Part shown: in pieces, positions 36,969 to 48,414 of the stretch
Layout of the letters: each line of letters opens with the position of its first letter
Numbering within the stretch: the stretch's first letter is position 1
Assembly (NCBI RefSeq): GCF_006345805.1
Contig: NC_043025.1
Location: forward strand, 15,004,001-15,068,000
Source of the DNA: Octopus sinensis
Taxonomy: Eukaryota
Direction: 5' to 3'
Length of the DNA stretch: 64,000 nt
Notes under the pieces: model-generated
Told to the model about the DNA's origin: nothing
The model's input: only the letters and a program-made list of their open reading frames with translations
Databases searched by the model: none
Position numbers and translations under genes: made by a program

Positions 36969-37836
36969 TACAATGGGAAGTAAAAATCATCTGCACTTTT
37001 GCCATAACATATCTGTATTATCGTTGCACTGCCTTCTGCACAAGCATGTTTATAGTTGATTCTATTGTGGTCATGTGATCGAAATTTGAGCCTGATCTTG
37101 CCATTTTTTCTTTCTGGCTTTACAGTGTAAGCATGGCTGCCCCACTAGCAATGTGCACTGAAGAAGAACAAAGGGCAGTAATCCAATTTCTCTGGTTGGA
37201 AGGTGTGTCAGGGGCTGAAATTCATTAGAGGTTTTTAGCACAATACGGGGACAGTGTACTACTGAGTAGAAGTGTGCATGAGTGGATTGAGACATTTGAA
37301 AGTGGCCCGACCAGCATGATGCATAACGAGGGAGCAGGATGCCCATCAAGGCGGTGAGCTGGCAGAATCGTCTGCCATTACGTTCTGGGTTCAAACTCCG
37401 CCGAGGTCGACTTTGCTTTTCATCCTTTCGGAGTTGATAAATTAATTACCAGTTATGCACTGGGATCGATATAATCGACTTAATCCCTTTGTCTATCCTT
37501 GTTTGTCATCTCTGTGTTTAGCTCCTTGTGGGTAGTAAAGAAATAGGATGCCCATCAACCTCCACCACTGATGAGAAGATTCAACAAGCTCAAGAGATGT
37601 TAATGGTGAACCAGTTCACTCTTATCATCTCTCAAATCACTGTTCTTTGTTCTTCTTTGGTAAATATTGCTGGTGGAGCAGCCATGCTTACACTGTAAAG
37701 CCAGAAAGGAAAATGGTGCGATCAGGTTCAAATGTTGATCATGTCACCACAATTGTACCAAGTATAAGCAGGCATGGGCAGAAGGCAGTGCGACAACAAT
37801 AAAGATATGTTAGGGCAAAACTGTGGATAGGCTTTG

Positions 37837-37838
<2 letters not shown>
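36969..37838. mobile_element. Mariner-derived element made of two facing 5' ends
   Basis: ~200-bp diverged inverted repeats (36969-37185 / 37635-37838); transposase start MAAPLAMCTEEEQRAVIQFL. Confidence 0.7.
37350..37544 (+). mobile_element. SINE family 2 with 14-bp TSD
   Basis: TSD aggatgcccatcaa at 37336 and 37545. Confidence 0.85.
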
Positions 37839-37867
<29 letters not shown>

Positions 37868-38182
37868 TGCATGTATGTATGTATGTATGTAATGCATGTA
37901 TGTATGTATGTATATATATATATGTATGTATGTATGTAATGCATGTATATATGTAAGTATGTATGTATGTATATATGTATGTAAGTATGTATGTATGTAT
38001 ATATGTATGTAAGTATGTATGTATGTATGTATGTATGTATGTATGTATGTATATGTAAATATATATGCATACGTAGTATTGGTGATGCAAGCAGGAAATA
38101 GAACATGTGTGTGTTTGTGTGCATTATTTTTTTATTTACTACTGATAAAAATATACCTCGTATATATATATATATATATAAT

Positions 38183-38267
<85 letters not shown>

Positions 38268-38574
38268 TGTATGTATGTATGTATGTAATATGAATACATG
38301 GGTAAAGTGAGTGTGTATGTTTGTATATAGGCATGCATCAATTGATGTTATATGTGTGTGTGAACACACATACATGGATAAGCAATCAGAAAGAGGGCAG
38401 GGCGGACGGGAGGGGAAACAAAGGGAATGGGGGAGGGAAGAACATGTGTACCCTGTTAGTGATATCAGTTGCATTCTTCAGGGTGGGCCAGGATCTTTAA
38501 TTCAGGGTGGCTAAATGAAGCATGGTAAAAACTTATCTCAGAAACAACGAAATTACTGCATTACATTATCTTCT

Positions 38575-39060
38575 CCACCACCACCACCACCACCACCACA
38601 ACCACCACCACCACCACCACCACTACCACCATCACCACCACTATCACCACCATCACCACCACTACCCACACCACCACAACCACCACCACTACCACCATCA
38701 CCACACTATCACCACCATCACCACACTACCCACCACCCCTACACCACCACCACCACCACCACCCCACCACCACCATCACCACCACCACTACCACCATCAC
38801 CACCACCATCACCACCATCACCAACACCATCACCACCACCACCATCACCACCATCACTACCAGTACCATCACCACCACCACCAACTCAACCACCACCACC
38901 ATCACCACCATCATCACCACTACCACCACCACCACCACTACCACCACCACCAACACCATCACCATCACCACCACCACTATCACCACCACCATCACCACCA
39001 TCATCATCATCACCACCACCACCATCACCACCACCACAACCACCACCAACACTACCACCT
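38575..39060. repeat. Degenerate (CCA)n trinucleotide tract
   Basis: Directly visible. Confidence 0.95.
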
Positions 39061-39294
39061 ACACAAGGCAATGAAGAAGGCGTTTTCAATGGTAGCTAGA
39101 CCTGTTAAAAATAGCAGCCTAATCTCCCTCAAATCACACCCTACTGTCTTATGTATGTATGAGACAATGAGAGCTTTCAACATGGTAACAAGATATGGTA
39201 GAAATAACAGTCAAATCTCCCTCAAATCTCTCCCTTCCTCAGGCATTTCCACTGCATTCATCTTGATGCAGTGGAATTGTTTTATTAGGTATTC

Positions 39295-39640
39295 TCTCTT
39301 TTACTCTTTTACTTGTTTTAGTCATTTGACTGTGGCCATGCTGGGGCACCACCTTTAGTCGAGCAAATTGGTCCCACAACTTATTCTTTGTAAGCCCAGT
39401 ACTTATTCTATCGGTCTGCCAAACGACTAAGTTACGGGGATGTAAACACACCAGCATCGGTTATCAAGCGATGTTGGGGGGACAAACACAGACACACAAA
39501 CACATATATATACATATACCTATATACGACAGGCTTCTTTCAGTTTCCGTCCACCAAATCCACTCACAAGGCTTTGGTCAGCCCGAGGCTATAGCCCAAG
39601 GTGCCACGCAGTGGAATTGAACCTGAAACCATGTGGTTTG
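39295..39640 (-). mobile_element. SINE family 1
   Basis: Reverse-complement match to 7270-7640. Confidence 0.85.
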
Positions 39641-40516
39641 TCACGTCCTCACGTTGTTGTTTTTTCTTGCTTGTTCATGTTTGGATTGCCTATATACCAC
39701 CTGCTCACACGGACCCCGGCCTTCTGACTGACTTTGGAGTAACCAATTCCTGGAATTCTTATACCTGCCGATTACTGTTCCCATTCATTCGGATTATGCC
39801 ACTCTAATCTTGATTGGAAATCGTCACAATTTGTCCGCGAATTCTTCCACTTTTTCTCATCCTCCTTTTACCTTTCTTCCTTCTTTCTACTTCCACCTTT
39901 CTCTTTTTGTCGCCACCAATAACACCTACACCAACATTCACACCCTCTCACCATGCCTCACCTCCACTCCTTCCTCCAACACCTTCAATTCCTTCTTCCT
40001 TCTCTTGCACTCTCCTGTCTTTGAAAGAACTTTTTCTTCATCCATTCCCTTCCGGTCATTTCAATATGTGACCGTGTGCATATCGTTGGCGATTTTCTTT
40101 CTCCGTCTTTCCTTCTTTCTTTTCTTTCCTTTCCTGAGTGTCCAATATTCCATGTCCTCTCGTTATTCCACGTCCTCTCGTTGTTTTTCCTTGCTTGTTC
40201 ATGTTTGGATTAACTGTCTATATATATATATAATAATTTAATAAATAAAACATATGCATACATACATACATATAAGTACGTACCTACATCTATATATATA
40301 TACATGCATATATTTATATATATATATATATATATGAGTACAGGACACCACAAATAAACGTAGAACACGAGAAACGAAAATATAAAATCAAACAAGGAAA
40401 CGGACTTTTTTTAACAACGAAAAAACAGAGTACAAGACAACCAATTCAAGGAATATTCCCTTTCATCAGCTGCCCCTGGTTCAACTCAATGCGTGTTTTG
40501 AAGGTAAGGGCAATAC

Positions 40517-40554
<38 letters not shown>

Positions 40555-40555
<1 letters not shown>

Positions 40556-40858
40556 TAGCAGTATCACCCAGCGTTGCTCGGGTTTTTAAGGGAAATAATT
40601 ATATAAGCATTTTTAGAGAGTTACTTCTCTTATATAAACCGAGCAAAAAATGCCTTAAAAAAGGAAAAAAATGATGGTAAATTTTTTTTTAATCGTAGAC
40701 TCATCGTAGACGCACGCTAATACCCAGAAGGGCTCGATATGAATCACGACTATAAGATACCCGCTTTTGGTTAAACTGCACCGCAAAATGTGGGAGTAAT
40801 TAGGAATCAAAATCGGAGGAGACAGACTCTCACACAACTTCAGTTTTATATATAAAGA
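40555..40858 (-). mobile_element. Helitron family B
   Basis: Reverse complement of 34549-34847 family; TC...CTAG. Confidence 0.85.
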
Positions 40859-40904
40859 TATACTTATATATATATACAGTACATATATATATATATATAT
40901 TAGA

Positions 40905-41099
40905 TACTCTTTTACTCTTTTACTTGTTTCAGTCATGTGACTGTGGCCATGCCGGAGCACCGCCTTTAGTCGACCCCAGGACTTATTCTTTGTAAGCCTA
41001 GTATTTATTTTATCGGTCTCTTTTTTGCCGACCCGCTAAGTTACGGGGACGTAAACACACCAGCATCAGTTGTCAAGTGATGTTGGGAGGACAAATACA

Positions 41100-41185
<86 letters not shown>

Positions 41186-41750
41186 ATTCTCCTGAATTGA
41201 ACTGCGACTGCCAGCCGCCACTGACCATTCAAAATACGACCATCAGGGCACTCTCAGATTCTCCCACCCCCTTTCCTCATCAGCCTTCTTCCTCTACTAC
41301 CCTACCAAGAACTCACAACGACCTCCAACACACAAGTGCAAACAAGGGAGTCAGAGAAAGGCAGAATGCCACTTATATCTGAACACTACTATAGAAATAT
41401 TCCTTTAAAAAAACTTTTCTTCTAATTTTTCTAAATTTAATTATTTAATCGTTACAGTTGAAAAGGTCTCAAAATGACTGAAACCGGTACTGAAATGTTC
41501 ACTATAAAATTATTTTAGCATTTTCTATTTTTGACTTGTTTTTTCATATATATATATATATATACATATATATATACATATATACGACGGGCTTCTTTCA
41601 GTTTCCGTCTGCCAAATCCACTCGCAAGGCTTTGGTTGGCCCGAGACTATAGTAGAAGACACTTACCAAAGGTGCCACGCAGTCGGACTGAACCCGGAAC
41701 CATGTGGTTGGTAAGCAAGCTACTTACCACACAGCCACTCCTGCGCCTAT
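40905..41750 (-). mobile_element. SINE family 1 split by an insertion in its internal microsatellite
   Basis: Tail 40905-41105, head 41585-41750; insert ~41180-41545 carries an HHR-like motif. Confidence 0.7.
41455..41492 (+). ncRNA. Minimal type I HHR, U3-A8 core variant
   Basis: CAG-TTGAAAA-GGTCtcaaaatGACT-GAAA-CCGG-TA-CTG. Confidence 0.55.
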
Positions 41751-42489
41751 ATATATATTTATTAGTGATTGTTGGAACTGTTTCTTCTGGAAAGTTTGAA
41801 AACTTCTAGAATGATCCTCATACATCTTTTACTTCTCTCTTTGTTTTAGTGATTAGTGTGTGGCCATGCTGGGGCACTGACTTGAAGAATCTGTAATTGA
41901 ATGAACCGACCCCAGTCCTTGTTGTCTTTTTTACTCTTATACTTATTTTATTGATCTATTTTGCTGAACTGCTAAGTTATGGGGACATGAGCACGCTAAC
42001 ACTGGTGTGGGACACACACACACACACATATACAATGGCACTAGTGTAGCTGGAGTGTCTGCCACCCAGGGCAGCCCCTCTGTTTGCCACTCCTGGACCC
42101 TACACATAACACATATTGCCTACAGCAGACCCAAAATGCTAGCCAAGGGGGACCACCTCTACACCCCACCTCCAGCCATGCCAGTGTACAATGAGCTTCT
42201 TTCAGTTTCCATCCACCAAATCCACTCACAAGGCTTTGGTTTGCCCAAGGCTACAGTAGAAACATTTGCCCATGGTGCCAAGCGGTGGGACTGAACCCGT
42301 GAACACCTGGTTAAGAAGCAAACTTCTTACCGTGCAGCCACACGTGCACATAGGTGTATGTATTTATAAATGTAGAGACGTATGAATTTGTGTATCTCTG
42401 TATGCATATATGCCTGTATATATTTATGTGTCTATGTGTGTGTGTGTACATATATATAAATACATACACATGTACACACACACACTCTC

Positions 42490-42890
42490 TCTTTTACTCT
42501 TTTATTTGTTTCAGTCATTTGACTGCGGCCATGCTGGAGCACCGCCTTTAGTCAAGAAAATCGACCCTGGGACTTATTCTGTGTAAGCCCAGTACTTATT
42601 CTACCGGTCCCTTTTGCCGAACCACTAAGTGATGGGGACATGAACACACCAGCATCGGTTGTCAAGCGATTTTGGGGGACAAACACAGACACACAAACAC
42701 ACACACATATATATATATATATACGACAGGCTTCTTTCAGTTTCCGTCTACCAAATCCACTCACAAGGTTTTGATTGGCCTGAGGCTATAGTAGAAGACA
42801 CTTGCCCAAAGTGCCACGCAGTGGGACTGAACCCGGAACCATGTGGTTGGTAAGCAAGCTACTTACCACACAGCCACTCCTGCACCTATA
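42490..42890 (-). mobile_element. SINE family 1, full length
   Basis: Reverse-complement match to 7228-7640. Confidence 0.85.
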
Positions 42891-43097
42891 TATATATGTA
42901 TAATACACACACACACATATATATATATGTATGTATAGGCATGCATGTGTGTGTGTGAGATTGTGTATGGATGAGTGTTTGCATATGTAGATGTCTGATG
43001 AGTCTGTTTGAGTGAGAGAGAAAAGGGAAAATGAAAGAAAATAGAAAGGAAGGAGAACAGGAAGAGAGAGAGAGAGAGAGAGGCATAGAGATGTATA

Positions 43098-43129
<32 letters not shown>

Positions 43130-43257
43130 AGTGTCCAGTGTTGTGGAGCCAGAATGGCGTCAGAGCTAAGTGGAGCAAAAGAGTGGAGGGGGTCACTCAA
43201 GCTGGTTTCGTACTTCCTTTCTCACGGGTCAGTTCACCAAGGATGACCAGAATACCG

Positions 43258-43562
43258 GCACCACTAACACCACTACCACCACCACCATCACCACTGCTAC
43301 TAACACCACCACCACCACTACTACTACTACCACTACCGCTGCTAATACCACCACCACCACCTCTATTACTACCACCACCATCACTCCTACCACTACTATT
43401 ACCACTACCATTACTACTACCACTACTACCACCACCATCACTACTACCATTACTACTACCACCACTACTACTACTACCACCACTACAACTACCACCACTA
43501 CCGCTGCTAATACCACCACCACCATCACATCTATAACACAACTACCACCACAACCACCACCT
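43258..43562. repeat. (ACC/ACT)n trinucleotide tract
   Basis: Directly visible. Confidence 0.95.
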
Positions 43563-44225
43563 ACACCTGACTCTACACCAATCTATAGGTATTATTCTGT
43601 CCTAAACTTATCAAATTGACTTTGTCCATATTAAATGGTAGCTTTTACTGTGAATATTGTTGGTGGAGTTTGGGTGGGTAGTTTTGCTAATAAGCACACA
43701 TGCACTGGTTATGTTTCTTTCTCTTCTATTAAGGATTTTGCCTAATATTTTCTGTTTCTTCTTTTTTTTGCTGAAATGGTGTCCCTCCTATGAAGGATCT
43801 CTAGAGAAATGTTACTTGACAGGGTGCATAGCTAGGGGATAGGTGAGGAGGTCTTTCCAGGCTGACTTGCTACATTTCTGCAGTGAGGGGTCACATAATG
43901 ATGGTTGCTTCTCCCAGTAAATTAAAAAAAGTCCGTTTCCTTGTTTGATTTTATGTTTCCGTTTCTCGTTGTGTTCTACATTTATTTGTGGTGACCTGTA
44001 CTCATATATATATATATATGTATGTATATATATACATATAGATGTAAGTACGTAGATATATGTATGTATGTATGTATGTATGCATATGTTTTATTTATTA
44101 AATTGTTATTATATATATATATATATATACAGTCAATCCAAACATGAACAAGCAAGAAAAAACGTGAGGACGTGGAATAAGTATAGTGTTATTGGACGCT
44201 CAGGAAAGGAAGGAAAAAAAAGAGG

Positions 44226-44260
44226 ATTTCACATTTCGAGCGGAGCTCTTCATCAGAAAT
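44226..44260 (-). ncRNA. Degenerate minimal HHR-like motif
   Basis: Minus: ATTT-CTGATGA-aGAGCtccGCTC-GAAA-TG-TG-AAAT; G at the cleavage position suggests inactivity. Confidence 0.45.
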
Positions 44261-44479
44261 ATAGAAAAAGTCCAAAGAAGGGAAGACAGAGAGAGAAAAG
44301 CGCCAACGATACACAAGCGGTCACATATTGAAATGACCAGAAGGGAATGGGTGAAGAAAATGGATGAATAGATGGATAATTCTCTTCTTCCAAAAAGTAG
44401 AAGGACCGAAAATTGGGGAAGGCACCGGAGAATGAAAATACAAAGATCCCGAAGGATTGTAAACTGCAGACAGATAAGG

Positions 44480-44812
44480 TAATGGAACACTCTGAGCCTG
44501 ACATTGTTATCTTTCGACAAAACATCTCCTAAATGTATAATGGGGATAGAGCAAGTCCCTTTGATACCAGAGTGAAAGAGAAAGAACAGGAAACACTTGT
44601 TGAGTATAATGATTAGCAATACAAGGATTGGACAGCAAGAATGGTAAGAAAGAATGGTAAGGTGGTGCCACTTGATATCAGAGAGCTGGGTCCATAAGCA
44701 GAATTTCGAAAAAAAGGAGGAACATCTTGGTTGTGACATACACACCTCTGTTATGCAGAAAGCCTGTTTATTTGGGACAGCAAGAATCCTAAGAGAGATG
44801 GTGAATCCCTAA
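44480..44812 (+). pseudogene. R4/Dong-like (restriction-like endonuclease) retrotransposon C-terminal remnant
   Basis: EPDIVI ... MQKACLFGTARILREM. Confidence 0.55.
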
Positions 44813-44814
44813 GG

Positions 44815-45015
44815 CAGTGCTTTTCAAACTTTTTGCTGGAGCGGAACCCCAAGGAAACGTTCCACTGGCTAGAGGAACCCCTGTGCAATAATTTAATAGT
44901 CTTATGCACACATATCTGCACAGGAGAATTAAAAATTACTGCTGATTTTAGCAGTTTTGTAACTTCTTGCGGAACCCCTGGACTGTACTGGCGGAACCCT
45001 GGTTGAAAACCACTG
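44815..45015. mobile_element. hAT-type MITE
   Basis: TIRs CAGTGCTTTTCAA / TTGAAAACCACTG; imperfect 8-bp flanks ccctaagg / ccttaggg. Confidence 0.75.
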
Positions 45016-45114
45016 CCTTAGGGGTGGGATGTGACTTGCTATCCAGCAGAGTGTTCTTGCATAACACTGAAGACCAAGAGATAAAAGCAAATAATAATAA
45101 TAAAAGAAAAGAAA

Positions 45115-45430
45115 GAAAAGATAAGGAAGAAAGAAAAGTCGAGAGATATGACAGGTTAGCTTGGAATGTTAAGCAGTTGTGATCGATAAAAAAGGTGGCA
45201 GTAGTACCAGTAATTGTCGGAGCCCTGGGAACAGTGAGTACAAATCTTGAGAAGCACATGGAATAAATAGGGGCTGCAATAAGGGTGGAGCACTTGCAGA
45301 AAACAGCATTGCTTGGAACCACTTGAATACTCTGGATGATTCTTGAAACATAAAGAGTATTACCTTAGGTCACTGGAAGTGAACAGCTGACTCTGTAGGA
45401 CATCTCCAGTGTTAGAAGCTGTGCAAAGAC
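45115..45430 (+). pseudogene. R4/Dong-like retrotransposon 3' end
   Basis: KVERY..L ... VVPVIVGALGTV ... LQKTALLGT; bounded by (TAA)n/(CAA)n. Confidence 0.7.
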
Positions 45431-46135
45431 AATAGATAACAACAACAACAACAACAATAATAATAATAATAAATGCCCTGATGCCGTACCAGGCAGTGGC
45501 TCTCATGGCTTCTGATCTTAACTGATTGGAAATGTTATCACGTGACATGTTTTGTCTTGGTATAAAAAGATGGGCTACAGCAAATATTCTGCTCAATACC
45601 ACAGATTTGCTTGTCGTTCAATTGACCGTAACCAGTTGAGCATGTCCATCAGTGGCTGACGATATGTGCATCTCTGATCACGAGCAGAAGTAGTGGGGGA
45701 GCATCATAGCCATGTGTTGAGAAGGGTTCTTGGGGGTTTGAATAATTCACCTTTGGGAACATAGGTGTTTTGTTCAGCATCCTTAAACAACCCTTATTCA
45801 GGGACCTTTTGATTGAGGTTGGTTACTCGACCTGAGGGAAATTCTAGCTGGGCCCCACCTGCAAGGTCATGTGCTGTTTATCTTGATATAAGATCACCAT
45901 GTCACCCACATGTAGTTGTGATGCATGCGCCTGGTGTACCCTTATCAGACGGGTAGTCATGATGGGTATACTGGGCTTCGTATATTTGTACCCCAGTGTC
46001 ACTTTGATGGCTTGCACTGCTCTTTCACGCAATAATAATATTTGTTATGGGTACAAGGCCTGAAATTTTGGGGGAGGGGTACAGTCGATTACATCAGTTC
46101 TGGTGCCCAACTGGTACCTATTTCACCAACCTTGA

Positions 46136-46174
<39 letters not shown>

Positions 46175-46919
46175 TAATTCTCGTTCATTGGCCACAAGGG
46201 CTAACAAAAATCAAATAAAACATGTAAGGACAAAATACAGGACGAAAGTTACAAAAAGGGTTTTGTCCGTTTGAAAAGTCCGTGTAAAAATGCAAGATAA
46301 CAACAAAAATATAACAAGTAAAAACTCCCAATAGGGGGAGGCGCTTCAAAAGGTTACTCATGGAAAACCCATAAAAGCCATGGGAGCCTGGTCAAAAGGT
46401 GGGTAGAGAGCCCCTTTCTCCTTTTATATTACCTTTTTTTTTTACAGGTGTATCTTCAGAATTGGTCCGTTCATACTGACCATTCTTCCGACATTCACTG
46501 AATTTGCTACGAGACAGCACTTCCCTCTCTCAAATCCCAGAAAGAGTTACTAAGAATGGAGACTGCAAAATGCTGTGGGATGCAAGGACTCGGTGTGACC
46601 ATCGGACTCAGCATTGTTGTGATGAACAAAAAGGAAAGGATCTGATCGATGTCAGGGCCAGGCCCCTCCAGTCTGTGACCCATCCAAGAACTGTGAGAAA
46701 ATCAATGGATGATGCTTTGTACAAACTGTTAATGTTTTATTGTTTGCCTGTTTTTATGTAAATCTGCAATCTTTGGTCTTTGTGCTGCCCTAAACATTTT
46801 GTGGCCAGAGGTGGCAGCATTGTTAGCACACCCGACACAATGCTAATTATGTTATGAGTTCAAATTCTACCAAGGTCAACTTTACCTTTCATCCCTTAAG
46901 GGTCAACAAATTCAAGTAC

Positions 46920-47152
46920 CTATTTCTTTATTACCCAAAAGGGGCTAAACATAGAAGGGACAAACAAGGACAGACATAGATTATTAAGTCGATTACATTG
47001 ACCCCAGTGCGGAACTGGTACTTAATTTATCGACCCCGAAAGGATGAAAGGCAAAGTCGACCTCAGTGGAATTTGAACTCAGAACGTAACGACAGACGAA
47101 ATACGCCAACGCATTTCGCCTAGTGTGCTAACGTTTCTGCCAGCTTGCTGCC
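46920..47152 (-). mobile_element. SINE family 2
   Basis: Reverse-complement match to 33470-33690; partial plus-strand copy at 46805-46920. Confidence 0.8.
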
Positions 47153-47489
47153 TTTCAAGTACCAGGAAAATTCTGGGGTTCATGTATTCAACTTGACCCT
47201 TTTCTCCATCTGTGACTATATACACCTATATGTCTGTATGTATTTACATGTTTACAGGTGTATATATATATGTATGAGTGTGTGTGTGTGTGTATGCATA
47301 GTAGTGTATGTGCGTGTGTGTGTGTCACTGTTTGTATATATACCTGTGTATCTATGTGCATATATTAGAGGTAAGAAGATAAGGGATAAATGTATCCGTA
47401 GGCCCCGCTAGTGTATTCCCTCACTATGTATAGGCATTGGTATAAGGTTAACAGCAGTTGGTAATTTTAATGGTAAACCGTGGTTTAAT

Positions 47490-47688
47490 ATATACAGATG
47501 AGAAAAGAAATGGGGCCACAATTAACAATTAGTAGTTGATCATTGGTATTAAATGGTCAAATTTTAATTGTAGTTTAAATAACAACTGTAAATGTTATTT
47601 AACAATAATTAAACAATAACCATTTAATACCGATGATCAACTACTAATTGTTAGTTGTTACTCCATTTCTTTTCTTAACTATATATAT
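47490..47688. mobile_element. ~200-bp TA-flanked fold-back MITE
   Basis: ~65-bp inverted arms agaaaagaaatgg...ggtattaaatggt / accatttaatacc...ccatttcttttct. Confidence 0.65.
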
Positions 47689-47960
47689 CATCATCATCAT
47701 CATCATCATCGTTTAACGTCCGCTTTCCGCGCTAGCACGGGTTGGACGGTTTGACCGGGTCTGGGAAGCCAGGGGCCGCTCCAGGCTCCAGTCTGAATCT
47801 GGCAGAGTTTCTACGGCTGGATGCCCTTCCTAACGCCAACCACTCCGTGAGTGGATTGGGTGCTTTTTACGTGCCACCTGCACAGGGGCCGGAGGGTCCG
47901 GCATCGTCACGATCGGATTCGAGCATTTTAACGTGTCAGCGGCACGGGGGCAACGAGGTC
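47689..47960 (-). mobile_element. RTE family 1-type 3' tail
   Basis: Reverse-complement match to 33220-33414; followed by ~20-bp and ~35-bp minisatellites to 48400. Confidence 0.85.
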
Positions 47961-48414
47961 CGGGGTACTTTGGGGATTGGGGTATTTTGGGGATCCGGGG
48001 TACTTTGGGGATCCGGGGTACTTTGGGGATCCGGGGTACTTAGAATGGGTAGGGGGGTACTTAGAATGGGTAGGGGGGTACTTAGAATGGGTAGGTGACG
48101 AGGCGGGAGGGTACTAAAAGGGGATGGTCGGATTGAGGCAGTGTCAGGAGGAAGCGTAAGATCGGTGGGCAGTTGAGCTATGGCGCTAGCAGCTTGTCTT
48201 AAGCATATGAGGAGAAGTGGTAGTGGGAGGAGGAGGAGGGAGTAGGGCGTACGTACCAGTGTAGATGAGTAAGGTGTATCCGGTGTAGATAGAGAGAACG
48301 GGGTATACTGGTATTGGTGGTGGGGGGGTGAGAACAGTGTTCAACGGTATTGGTGGTGGGGGTGAGAACAGTGTTCAACGGTATTGGTGGTGGGGGTGGG
48401 GGGCGGGCGGGCGC

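Noticed and set aside
38515-39358. Extensin-like poly-Pro or poly-His protein
   Set aside because: (CCA)n tract open in several frames on both strands; no gene structure
43138-43619. Mucin-like poly-Thr ORF
   Set aside because: Trinucleotide repeat without supporting exon context
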